From contig NC_068993.1 of NCBI RefSeq assembly GCF_001194135.2, forward strand, positions 43,536,113 through 43,600,112: a stretch of 64,000 bases of DNA. The letters are read 5' to 3'. Below, piece by piece: positions 52,863-64,000 of the stretch. The notes under the pieces were generated by a model that worked only from the letters and a program-made list of their open reading frames with translations, was not told where the DNA came from and did no database searches. Both the position numbers and the translations under genes were made by a program. This DNA comes from Octopus bimaculoides. Taxonomy: Eukaryota. Within the stretch, counting starts at the first letter, position 1. The number at the start of each line of letters is the position of its first letter.

Positions 52863-53890
52863 CAAGCCATCCCACCCCCACTCAAGCATACACACAAAAA
52901 AGCAGTCTGCTGTGCTATATGGTTTCGTATACTTATCGCAGTTGCCATCAGTTTGCAATCTCTCTCTCTTTCTTTCTCTTTCTCTCTCTCTCTCTCTCTC
53001 TCATTTTCTTTTCTTTTCTTTTACCATGCTGAAATCTCTGATAACTGTCCTTCTGAACTTCTATGTAATTACTTCATCTTGTGTTTTCTTTGGCTTACTT
53101 CTCATGCTTGTAGACACTCACACTATTTCACACCATTTTCTTACACAGCATGCATCAGATTGAATACCTATACAAGCTGTCATCTCTCTTACATTTAATA
53201 GCTAATGCCTCTAACACCCAATTTTTTTTTTCCAATCTTTAATAATCATCTTGAACTTAATTCTCTCCAGCAGCTAAAAATCTACCATTATTACCCATAA
53301 CACATATTTCTTGTATATGCAGTACATCATCTTTACTTATTTATTTATTTTAACAAACAAAAAAAAAATAGTGCCAAGAAAAACAGTAGTTTTCTTTTAA
53401 ATTTCTTCCCGTAATTGCTTGATACTCGCTTGTAGCTAAGTGTTGGTTTCTTGTCGGCTTACCTGCAAATCTTTACCATACATCGTATGACCTGTTAATT
53501 GTACTACCTACACAGTTATTGAGTTGTTTCCCATATCCTACATTCTTCACATAGTCCCTGATGATTTTAGATATTTTAACCTTCATACTTTTCAAATTAA
53601 GACTCATTCTTCTCAAAATTCTGCTGCTTCAGATTAATTTCAAGTGAAATGTTTCATAAATGACCACTCCATCTTTGCTTTTTTTTTTTTTTAAGACTTG
53701 CAAGATCTTTGGCTGCATGGTAAGAAGTTTGCTTCCCAACCACATGGTTTCAGGTTCAGTTCCCTTGTGTGGCACCTTGGGCAGTTGTCTTCTATAGTTC
53801 CCATGTCAACCAAAGCCTTGTGAGTGGATTTGGTGGACGAAAGCTGAAAGAAGCCTGTCACACACACACATACACACACACACACATATA

Positions 53891-53933
<43 letters not shown>

Positions 53934-54204
53934 NNNNNNNNNNNNNNNNNNNNNNNNNNNNNNNNNNNNNNNNNNNNNNNNNNNNNNNNNNNNNNNNNNN
54001 NNNNNNNNNNNNNNNNNNNNNNNNNNNNNNNNNNNNNNNNNNNNNNNNNNNNNNNNNNNNNNNNNNNNNNNNNNNNNNNNNNNNNNNNNNNNNNNNNNNN
54101 NNNNNNNNNNNNNNNNNNNNNNNNNNNNNNNNNNNNNNNNNNNNNNNNNNNNNNNNNNNNNNNNNNNNNNNNNNNNNNNNNNNNNNNNNNNNNNNNNNNN
54201 NNNN
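53934..54204. other. Assembly gap (271 N)
   Basis: N run inside (TA)n. Confidence 1.
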
Positions 54205-55865
54205 ATATATATATATATATATATATAACCTTATCAACACCCACTTTTCCATGCTTCCATGGGTCACATGGAATTCATTGAGGCAGGTTTACTAGGTTGG
54301 ATGACCTTCCTGTCACTAAACCTCACCTGTTTCCAAGCAAGATAAATTTTCCTTTGGTCAGACATTTTTCCATGAAATATTGCAAACCAAAGGACTCCAT
54401 TTGTATGAAGGTAACATTCATTTATACCTCGCCTGTGATGTCACAAAGAGGCACAAAGCACACATACATGCAGCAACATGCAATCCACTTGCAAGGATTT
54501 GATCAACCTGGAATTAGAGTAGAAGACACTCGAACAAGTTGATGTGTAATGGAACTGAACCCAAAACCAAAGGCTGTGAAGTGCACTTCTTAATCACACA
54601 GCCATATATAAATTACTTTATGAAACAAATACATAGTTTGTTACGCTGCCTTTGTGTTACAGTCTCCATTATAAACACATACAAATAATTTTAGCCAGCT
54701 AGAGAGCTTCTTTGTGGTTACTAGATCAGCTAGAAATAGCAGCTATATCTCCTTCAAATCACATATTCTTAAATAAGGAGAGAATACATTATTTAATGTA
54801 CTCATCACTGTCTTCAAACATTATCTGTTTTCAGCAAGATAACTACCATAATTTGCTCTAAAGCTAACCATAGTTAACTACAAGTGTGTACATGGTGTGA
54901 TTCCAAACTTTTCCATAGAGGCTGGTAAGCTACAAGATTTGAGCTCAGAATACAAAGCTCAAAATAATTACTACTTGACCAGCATTCTAACGATTCTGTT
55001 AGTCCACTCACAAGTATTAGTTCTTTATTTATCAGTCCCTAAAAGGGGGAAAGATAAAGTTGACTTTAGCAGGATTTGAACTCAGAAGGCAAAAAGCTTT
55101 AAGAAATACCACAAGGCATTTTTCTGATGCTCTGATGGTTCTACCAATTTGCCATCTTAACAGAGTCCTACATTCTCTCATCCCTACTTATGATCCACTT
55201 CCCATATCATATCTTGCTCCTTGAGGGTTTTTCTCTGGCACCCTATCACTACCATCTTACCTCTTTCCCAGATACTCCCACCCTCATATAAATGTGGTGT
55301 AACCATGTAACTTCTCCATTGCAAAACACCTCTGCTAGTCCCTGACATAAAATCTCCTCCCCATCCTCTCAGATACTTCCCCACTTAGTCAAGGCAGCTT
55401 TTTTCCCCTTTCTCATTTTTCCCTCCTTTTCTTGTTCTTTCCTGTCCTGCAAATTACTTAGCAACCCCACTGGTGCTGGTAGCACAAAAAATGCACATTA
55501 GGAAGGGTATCCAACCATGGAAATAATGCAGCCATGTGACTCACCAGATTCTATCAAACTGTAAAGCCTACCAGCATGGAAAACAGACATTACATTATGA
55601 GGACGGTATGGATGATGATAATTTCCTTAAAAAAATATGGGATTGCCATAACTGGAATCGCTTTGATCACGAATCTGCTTGCTGAGGGTTGATTCAGGGT
55701 TTAACAACAGCAGAGAAATTATTTATAAAATATGTTAGTTTACTTATGAAAATAAAGAAACAATTGTATTTCATATTATGACTAACTCGTATATTTTAAC
55801 CTTTTTTTTTTGTATTCTTCATCTTTTTGATTTTATTATTATCAATCCTATTTTTATTTTGAAAG

Positions 55866-56209
55866 GAATCTTGTCATTACGAAACCATTTGGATCGAGAA
55901 AGAATGCCTCGCTACAACCTGCATTTGTCTGCATTTGATGGTGTCCATTCTGCTACAGCTATGGTGCAAATAAACATACTTGATATCAACGATAATGTCC
56001 CTAAATTTAACAAGTCCATTTATACGTTTGATCTCTTAGAAGATCTGCCAATCAACTCAACAATAGGCAGCATACTTGCCCAAGATCCTGACGATGGCCC
56101 TAACGGAACTGTCTCCTATCATTTGTTAACAGACTGGGGAAAGGATGTTTTTCATCTTGATCCAAGAACAGGAACTTTTACACTGAAATCAAGCCTTGAT
56201 TTTGAACAG
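55866..56209 (+). CDS. FAT4: Fat/FAT4-like cadherin, internal coding exon (phase 1 to 0): (G)ILSLRNHLDRERMPRYNLHLSAFDGVHSATAMVQINILDINDNVPKF...DPDDGPNGTVSYHLLTDWGKDVFHLDPRTGTFTLKSSLDFEQ
   Basis: Acceptor tttttattttgaaag| ends at 55865 and donor |gtatgt starts at 56210; length 344 nt (2 + 114 codons). LDRE, DINDN, DPD and LDFE motifs are present. The TDWGKDVFHLDPRTGTFTL...LDFEQVQ segment resembles, from recall, the SDWANDVFSLNPQTGVFTL...LDYEEVQ segment of insect Fat and the matching FAT4 repeat, which is the basis for the orthology call. Confidence 0.93.
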
Positions 56210-56477
56210 GTATGTAAACAGCCTTTTATTGAAATGCTTTCTATGCTATTGGAAATTTGTAAAATAAATATAGCTTATTTTCAGCATCCAGCCTTATATT
56301 TTGTTTATTTATTTATTTATTTATTTGTAAATTATTTTATTTCATATTTTATATATTTGTTAATGCATAATATTTGAATAATTAAGTGGCATCAGGAGAC
56401 AATAGTTTTTCAAATTAAGAATACAATAACTCTTCAGAATTGGTTGCACCGTAAATATTTTAAAGTGAAATGAATTG

Positions 56478-56885
56478 GCAGTCATAGCTGTATGCTTATG
56501 AATCTCACTTTACAACCACGTGGCTTAAGGTTCAGTCCCATTGCACAACACCTGGAGGAAGTATCTTCTACTATAGCTTCAAGCCAACCAATGCTTTGTG
56601 AGTGTAAATTTGGTAAACAGAAATTGGGAAGAAGCTCATTGTGTGTGTGTGTGTGTATGTGTGTGTCTTTGAGTTTGTGTTTGTGCCCATTCCATCACTT
56701 AATGGCTGATGTTGGTTTGTTTACATTCAGCAAAAGAAACTGATAGAAAAAGTACCAGGCTTTAAAAAAATAAGAACCGAGGGGTGATGGGATTTGTATG
56801 ATTATGTTTCAACAATTCTTGAGGGCTGTGTCCCAGCATGACTGCAGTCCAATATCTAAAACAAGTAAAAGATAAAAGATAAAGA
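56478..56885 (+). mobile_element. Family C SINE, full length, about 270 bp downstream of the 55866-56209 exon
   Basis: Head ...ggttcagtcccattgc, internal (TG)n, tail acaagtaaaagataaaagataaaga. Confidence 0.75.
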
Positions 56886-58051
56886 AATTTCTATTTTGTA
56901 TTTCTGTTATTAGATTTGATCTGAAGTCCTGTGTTAGAACAGATACTGCATTTTTAAAGTGTCACGTTGACCTATAATAAACACAGGCACTCACATAATC
57001 ATTATTTATCAGTATTTAGTCAGTGGAATAGCAACTATGGTATTTGTTCTACCACTTTACATTTTGAGGGCAACTTTGCTTTCATCCTTCCACAGTTAAT
57101 AAAAGGAAATACCAGCCACTAAGTACTCAAGTCAATGTACTCGACTAAACCCCTCTCCTTAAACTGGCTGACTATACCTAAATTACAAATGATTATTTGT
57201 CAATATTAAATTCTTTTGTCAGTCTTGAAATCAGTAACCTGTTCACTAATCTTCACTAACATCTATACAGCAGAGGTCTGTTAGTCAATTTGGTAAATAA
57301 ATGAAGATAGCTAGTGCTTATTTGTTACTATGTCACCAATATTTTGTAGGCAATTCCTTTGTTGTACTTGTCTGCAGGAAATTTAACTTTGAGATGTTGC
57401 ATTAAAATTAAAACAGTTTGATTTGAAATTTGGTACCACAATGAACTGATTCAGTTGAGATCAAAACATATATGTGATTGGAATTCTATGATAGGTATTT
57501 ATTTTTCCTAGACTTCATAATCTTCATTCGTCTTCATTTCTACAAAGTCGTACAAACAGGTGAAATATAACTCAATATATTAAAATATAAAGCATATATT
57601 TTCCTATTTAGCAATAAAACTTAGTGGTTCAAGTACCAAGTGTTTCATGTGCTGTATCTAAGTACCAAGTGTTTCATGTGCTGTATCTAAACATATGAAA
57701 CACAAAAAACCTTGACCCCTATGTCACTTATGTAGCTTTACACTTAAATCATATACACACACACACGTGTGTGTGTGTTAATGAATGACAAAGAACAAGT
57801 GTTATGTAATCATTTTCATTACCATACAGTTGTTTCTGTTATAAGGAATTGTACTTTTGGAGTTGCATCCCCCCTCTCCCTCCAACTTGCACATCCTTGA
57901 TTTTTCCTTGAGTCAATGGATGGGAGGACCAAAAAATTGTCTAAGTCTGCTTGCAACAACATAAACATCTAAAATAAATAGTGAAAGCATAGTACAGGCT
58001 ACCATGTCATACTTGCTTATGAGCAACAGTTGTATTTCTATATATGTGTGT

Positions 58052-58340
58052 GTGAAGATGCATGGACTGGTGGTTAGAGTGTTGCACTGATAATCACCAG
58101 ATTGTGGTTTCAATTCCCAGACTGGTGGTGTGTTGTGTTCTTGAGCAAAACACCTCATTTCATGTTGGTCCAGTCCATCCAGTTGTAAATGGATAACTCC
58201 ACCACAGACTGGCATTCTGTTCAGGGGTAATGTTGGCTTGCCCACCTTGTTGCCAGGTGACACCATTCAAATGCTGCAACAATGCAACGAAACGCATTGT
58301 GACTAGCGATGTATAACATCTGAGCCTGATCAACACAGTG
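58052..58340 (+). mobile_element. tRNA-derived SINE, family D
   Basis: Head tggttagagtgttgcactgataatc...ggtttcaattccc, core ttgtgttcttgagcaaaacacctcatttcatgttg, and a 3' part matching 19600-19750. Confidence 0.72.
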
Positions 58341-59934
58341 ACACACACATATATATACACACATATGCACACACAATCACTGTTTGTATGTGTGTGTACC
58401 AGTTTATTTAAGTGTAAATGTATGTTTGTTGCAAGGTTAACCAGAAATAAAGTTAGTTTTAATATGTATTTATCTTTTGCTGCTGTAAAATAATTTTGTG
58501 GTTATAACCCCATGAGGAAATCCAATCTGATTGAGAGAAAGTTTAAGTGGCCTTGACTGCACTGAAGCTGAATAAAATTGTAATCTTTCAGTTGTCAAGC
58601 CCACATGTTCCCTCCAGAGGTATATAAACCAAAAGCTATTTTAGAGCAAGGCTGAATATATATATCCATATTTAGAATTAATTTTTTCACTTCAGTAATA
58701 AACATTGCATAAGATGCTTGTTCAAGTGCAATAATTTTATTTATTTTGTTTGTTGAATTAGCTCATTCTCTATCTTTTAAATATTATCAGCTCATATAGG
58801 TGCAGTATGGCTAAAAAGTTTGCTTTCCAACCACATAGTTCTGGATTCAGTCCCACTGTATGGCACCAGTTAATTTGTTTGCCAGAAACTGAAAGAAGCC
58901 TGTTGTGTGTGTGTCTGTGTGTGTGTGTGTGTGTGTGTGTCAGTGAGTGTTTGCATCTCCTTATCTTGACATCACATGAAAAAATTGTAAATGAGAGTCA
59001 CTGTCATTCATGTCCAGTAGTCTGCAAAAACATGTCTGGCTTGGGCACGGGTGAGGGTTCGCAACAGGAAAGGTGTCAGGTTATAGAAAATATGCCACAA
59101 CAAACTCCATCCAACCCATACAAGCATGGAAAAACAGACATTGAAATTATGATGATAATGATACATTATAGAATATGTGTATCCCCTCACCACCACCACC
59201 ATTATATACTGTTCTAATTATATACTAATATTAGGATTTATGTATATACACTATCTTTCCTCTCTTATTCGTTTAAGTCATTAGATAACCATGCTGGAGT
59301 ATTGCTTTCTGCCCCACTACATCATTTTGGGGGGATTTTTTTTATGTCTGGCATTCTGTTGAGCTCTTTTGCCGAACTTAGTCATGGGAATGCAAACAAA
59401 CCAACACTGGTTGTCAAGAAATGGTGGGGGACAAATGCAGATACAAAGACACACATGCACACATATATACAATAGGCTTCCATACAGTTTCCACTAACCA
59501 AATTTAGTCATAAAGCATTGGTCAACCCAGGGCTTGTCCAAGATGCTGCCCAGTAAGACTGAACCTGAAAATATGTGGCAGTTTTTTTTTGTTTTTTTTT
59601 AATAATTATTATAACAATAATAACGATACACTTTATAGAATTATATTTTATACACAGTACATTTGTGGTTTATATTAAGACATATATTCTTTACTGATAA
59701 AACTTATACACCGTGCAGTTTTATGATACGGAAGATAAAAATAGATCCCCATCGGTTTCAATGATTAGTATTCAATTGTTAAATCAGCTGAATTACCTGC
59801 TCATTGAATTAATGTGTAAATCACTGAGCATTCCACAGGCACATGTACCCATAATGTAATCATGTGGAATCAGATTGCTGTGGTATGTGACAAGGCTATA
59901 TTTTTAAATTACAAGTACATATATTATGATATAA

Positions 59935-60265
59935 CATAATGGCTCAGTGGTTATAACATTGGGCTCACAATCATGAGGTAATGAGTTCAGTCCCTGGACT
60001 GGGTTGTTTGATTTGTTCTTGAGCAAGAAACTTTATTTCATGTTGCTCCAGTTCACTCAGCTGTAGAAATGAGTTGCAAAGTCACTGGTGCCAAGTTGTA
60101 TCAGCCTTTGCCTTTCCCTTGGATAACATCAGTGGTGTGGAGAGGGGAAGCTGGTATGCATGGTCGACTGCTACTCTTCCATAAACAACCTTGCCGAGAC
60201 TTGTACTTCAGAGGGGAACTTCCTAGGTGCAGTCCCATTGTCATTCATGACCGAAGGGGATCTTT
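59935..60265 (+). mobile_element. tRNA-derived SINE, family D variant with a different 3' half
   Basis: Head tggctcagtggttataacattgggctcacaatc...gagttcagtccc and the shared ttgttcttgagcaagaaactttatttcatgttgctccagt core. Confidence 0.68.
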
Positions 60266-60988
60266 ACATACTTATACAATGGTCCTCTTCCAGTTTCTGT
60301 CAATCAATTCCACTCACAAGAATTTGGTTGGCTTGGTGCTGTAGCAGAACATTGGGAGACACTTCCTGAAGACAGTGTGCAGTGAATCTAAACCCAAAAC
60401 TACAGGGTTGAGAAGCAAACTACTCAACCACACAGCTATGCCTGTGGCTAAGAAAACCATAAAATCCTAAAATAAGCTCAAAAAATTGCTGCTTAACCTA
60501 TGGGTGGACAATCTAATTTGCATATTGGAGTGAGACGAGTTCTAATTCCCAGACCATTTGGTCAATAACTTCATTGCACAGTAACACTGAATATGTTTTA
60601 AATAGATAAATATACTTTATGTAACAATTTCGTTTCAGCTCCCCTGGTGTTTTTATATAAAGAATTTATAACAGTTGTCAAATTCACACGAATATACAAG
60701 TTTTTATTTTGTTTTGTTTTTTTTCTTTTGGCTCTTTTCCTTTTTTTTTTTTTTTTTTTTTGTAGCTAGAAGCTGCAATTTTCTCAGTGGAATAGTTAAG
60801 CTAAGCGGAACCCGATTATGTGTAATGAAGCTAAAAACTACAGTCATCTCAATACCTATGCCATTTTACTCAAATCTTGGATTATATTCACCAGACTTTT
60901 GTAAAGCAAGAATACATGTACAAATACGTTTTATATATATGATATATATATATATATACATATATATACATATACATATATATATATA

Positions 60989-61088
60989 NNNNNNNNNNNN
61001 NNNNNNNNNNNNNNNNNNNNNNNNNNNNNNNNNNNNNNNNNNNNNNNNNNNNNNNNNNNNNNNNNNNNNNNNNNNNNNNNNNNNNNNN
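60989..61088. other. Assembly gap (100 N)
   Basis: N run after (TA)n. Confidence 1.
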
Positions 61089-61526
61089 ATACTGTGTTTA
61101 TAAATAGTCAATAATGGTGAAGATATGGTTTAGAAAATCGTCAACAACATAGGTGCTGTCTCAGGATCTTGGGCAGGTGTCTTCTTTAGGTTTGTGAGAG
61201 ATTTCAGTTGGTGGAAATTGAAAGAAGCCCACCATGTGTGTATATCTATGTGAATGTTTACAAAACTACACTGAGCTTTGGCTACAAACAGTGACTATAA
61301 TTAATGATGTTTGTTAGCATTTCCTGTCAACCAATCATCCACTGGCTCTGTGCCTTCAAATTGCTCTGGATTAAATAAAACCTTTTACTTGAAAAACAGA
61401 TATGGGTTGGCATCAGGAAGAGCATCCAGCTAAAAAATTCTGCCTCAGTTTCTTCCCAACTAAGCCCATGCTAGCATTAAAAAACGTGTATAGAACAAAA
61501 CTAAAAAATGAGTTTATTTTTTTATA

Positions 61527-61801
61527 AGACGCAGGCATGGCTATGTGGTAAGAAGCTTGCTTCTCAACCACATGGTTCTAGGTTCAATCTCACTGCATTC
61601 CCCTCCCCATACACACCACTTGTCAACTGATGCCAGTTGTGTTTATGTCCTTGTAACTTAGCAGTTCTGCAAAAGAGACCAATAGAATAAGTACCAGCCT
61701 TAACAAAAAATAAGTTCTGGATCAATCCAATCAACTAAAATTTCTTCAAGGTGGTGCCCCAGCTTGGCCACAGGATAATGACTGAAACAAATAAAAGATA
61801 A
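61527..61801 (+). mobile_element. Family C SINE, internally deleted, ending about 45 bp before the third exon
   Basis: gacgcaggcatggctatgtggtaagaagcttgc head and atgactgaaacaaataaaagata tail. More family C pieces are seen near 1960, 5590, 12680, 13300, 17540, 23040, 35070, 42300, 46530, 53705, 54480, 58800, 59270 and 60270. Confidence 0.78.
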
Positions 61802-61846
61802 GCAATGCTAAAATTTTTGCTCTGAATTATATTTTATTTCTTTCAG

Positions 61847-62048
61847 GTTCAATTATACACTCTTCTAGTGAGTGCTAGAGATCATGGGCCAGTTCCTAAA
61901 AGTTCTGTGGTAACTATTTACATGAACATCAAAGATGTTAATGACAATGGGCCTATATTCAGTCCAAGCTCTTATACAACTGCCATCTATGAAAACGCAA
62001 CAATCGGAACCTCTGCAATTGCTGTTTATGCCTCAGATGCAGATACGG
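61847..62048 (+). CDS. FAT4: Fat/FAT4-like cadherin, internal coding exon (phase 0 to 1): VQLYTLLVSARDHGPVPKSSVVTIYMNIKDVNDNGPIFSPSSYTTAIYENATIGTSAIAVYASDADTG
   Basis: Acceptor attttatttctttcag| ends at 61846 and donor |gtaagt starts at 62049; length 202 nt (67 codons + 1). Continues LDFEQ-VQLY in frame, with A.D.G, DVNDN, YEN and DAD motifs. Confidence 0.93.
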
Positions 62049-62792
62049 GTAAGTGTAGTTCCTTTATTCTTTATGTGTTCCAGCCCAAGGCTGTGGCGTT
62101 GCTATAGTTCTGTTTTTGCCTTTTTAGATGTGAAGTATTACAAGAGAGTATTTTGCCTTTAGTGATCGTATCCAGACTGTTTCAGCTAATGTATGTCTTC
62201 AAACAGCTTGGGGTGTCAATGGGGAGGAATGTATTTTGTTTGGGTTAGATTTCGGTTAATGAAATTTCATTGAAGTGGTTAGCATTAGGCAGGAAGCCAT
62301 GGCAAAGCAGACATTGGAGCTTGGTGCAGCTCTTTGGCTCACTGGTTCTTGTCAAACTGTCCAACTCGTGCCAACATGAAAAAAATGGATGTTAAATGAT
62401 AACAACGACAACGATGATTATTGTCCATTATGCTATGTCATTGTAAATAGTTTCAATGATGGATGGTGTCCTCTGATCAGAGATAGTATTCATGCGCTAA
62501 GTTGGGCCACAGTTGATGAACACAACTAGGTCTGTGAAGCAAAGAGATACTCAGTAATTTTACTGAGGTTAAAGTTTAGAATATGAAGTAACAACAGACA
62601 ATTTTTCAAGTCAATGTGTCGCCAGATCTTTTCCATTACATGTAAAAATTTGAATAAATTATTTCCTCTTAATGTTTTTTTTTTCCATTATGTCTGCACA
62701 TATAAATAAGTTATTATGCAATTTTCTATGCTTTTTATTTGCTTAAGACATTACTTCAGAATTAATGATTTTTTTTATTATTATTATTATTA

Positions 62793-62824
<32 letters not shown>

Positions 62825-63168
62825 GTTGTTGTTTTATTTTTATATTTTCTTAAATCTGATTTTTGTCTGCTTAATGGAATTTTGCTGCTGATTTCTGACT
62901 GCAAATATCTATAAATTATAAATATGTATAATCAATTAGCACAGAGGTAACTAATCATATGGTTCTCCTTTAAATAAATATTTGTGCAGACTGTGAGAAA
63001 ACTGTTGCTGAGTAGCATTGACAAATGTCTTAGAGTCAAAATTTCCTAACTGTTGCAAGTTTTCTATATTTTTCATGAAGTTTGGGCAAACTTTCAGTGC
63101 AGAATTCTTTACCATTTAGTTACTATTCCATTTTTAGTTCATGAAATTAAGTTGTATTTTTTTTTCTT

Positions 63169-63420
63169 CCCTTTTGATACCAACACAGGTGAGACTAGCT
63201 CTGGTTCTATGAAACAAAACTCTAGTTTTAAAGTATTCATATTTAAATTAAAAACTTCCATAATAATTTTGTTAGGTCATAATGTTATGCTCCAAATACC
63301 AGCTGAAATCATGGAATGAAATAGCTGGTTGTTTTATCAAATTCCTCTAAATTCTTAATTATTTTTCTCAGTTAATTGAAAAAGACAATATATATTACTA
63401 AAAATATGGTTATGAAAGGG
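63169..63420 (-). mobile_element. piggyBac-type MITE family 2, diverged copy
   Basis: Starts CCCTTTTGATACCAAC and ends TATGGTTATGAAAGGG|TTAA; the left TTAA is not preserved. Confidence 0.6.
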
Positions 63421-64000
63421 TTAACCCTCTCAGACCTGGGCCCTTGTGTCTTATTTTGCCCTCCACCTGGGGTGATAAGGAAAAAAATAAGTAGTTGCTT
63501 ATACAGCTGAAGAGTAATGATTGCAGGCAAACTAATGGGCAGAATCCAAAAAAAATTCATGAGAATAACAATAAGCATATCCCACTCAACTACTGTATTT
63601 GTTAGGTAAACTAATAGACGGAATCTCAAAAAAATTCAGGAGAATAACAAAATGATCCTACTTGAAATATGCCTATCTCACTCAAATACTGTATTTGTTC
63701 ACTCGAATCATTACTTTCTTTATTACTTTCACCAGTTTGATTGTCTGAATCACTCTCATTGCCAGTGTAAGTGTAAACTTTTCATCTGAAGAATAAATAT
63801 CATCAATAATTTCCTCAACTGTAACAAATCTAGGCTTTGCTCAATTTACAAGAAGTGCTGGGTTCATCACATGCTCATTTCATTGGGAAATTGTTTTTTA
63901 TTTTTTGTTTTGTTTTGTTGCGATTAAAAACAAAAGTAAACAGCAGCTATGAAGGACACCATTAACAATAGGACCTAAATACATTTGACTACAAAGCTGT

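Larger units (their letters stand above)
56210..61846 (+). other. GT-AG intron (5,637 bp) of the Fat4-like gene
   Basis: Starts gtatgt and ends cag; the phase 0 join gives LDFEQ-VQLYTL. Confidence 0.9.

Overview
Eukaryotic, AT-rich, microsatellite- and retroposon-dense DNA. The SINE families look like those I recognise from Octopus, so a coleoid cephalopod origin is an inference from recall, not from a database search. The only intact coding sequence is three in-frame exons on the + strand (38845-39040, 55866-56209, 61847-62048) of a Fat/FAT4-type giant cadherin. They have GT-AG boundaries, compatible phases and introns of 16,825 and 5,637 bp. I found no upstream exon in the first 38.8 kb, so the rest of the window is probably intron. 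It contains at least four SINE-like families, RTE, R4/Dong and CR1/Jockey-like LINE fragments, piggyBac-type (TTAA) and hAT-type (8-bp TSD) MITEs, two strong fold-back hairpins and four N gaps. I saw no CRISPR, rRNA, true tRNA or prokaryote-type system and cannot claim a new gene system. The best leads are a candidate (TAA)n-targeted Dong-LINE/SINE partnership, a MITE nested at its own internal TTAA at two loci, and long intronic dsRNA structures that could be ADAR substrates. Repeat boundaries are hand-read and approximate unless a TSD or TIR is quoted. Family names A-E and MITE 1/2 are my own working labels.
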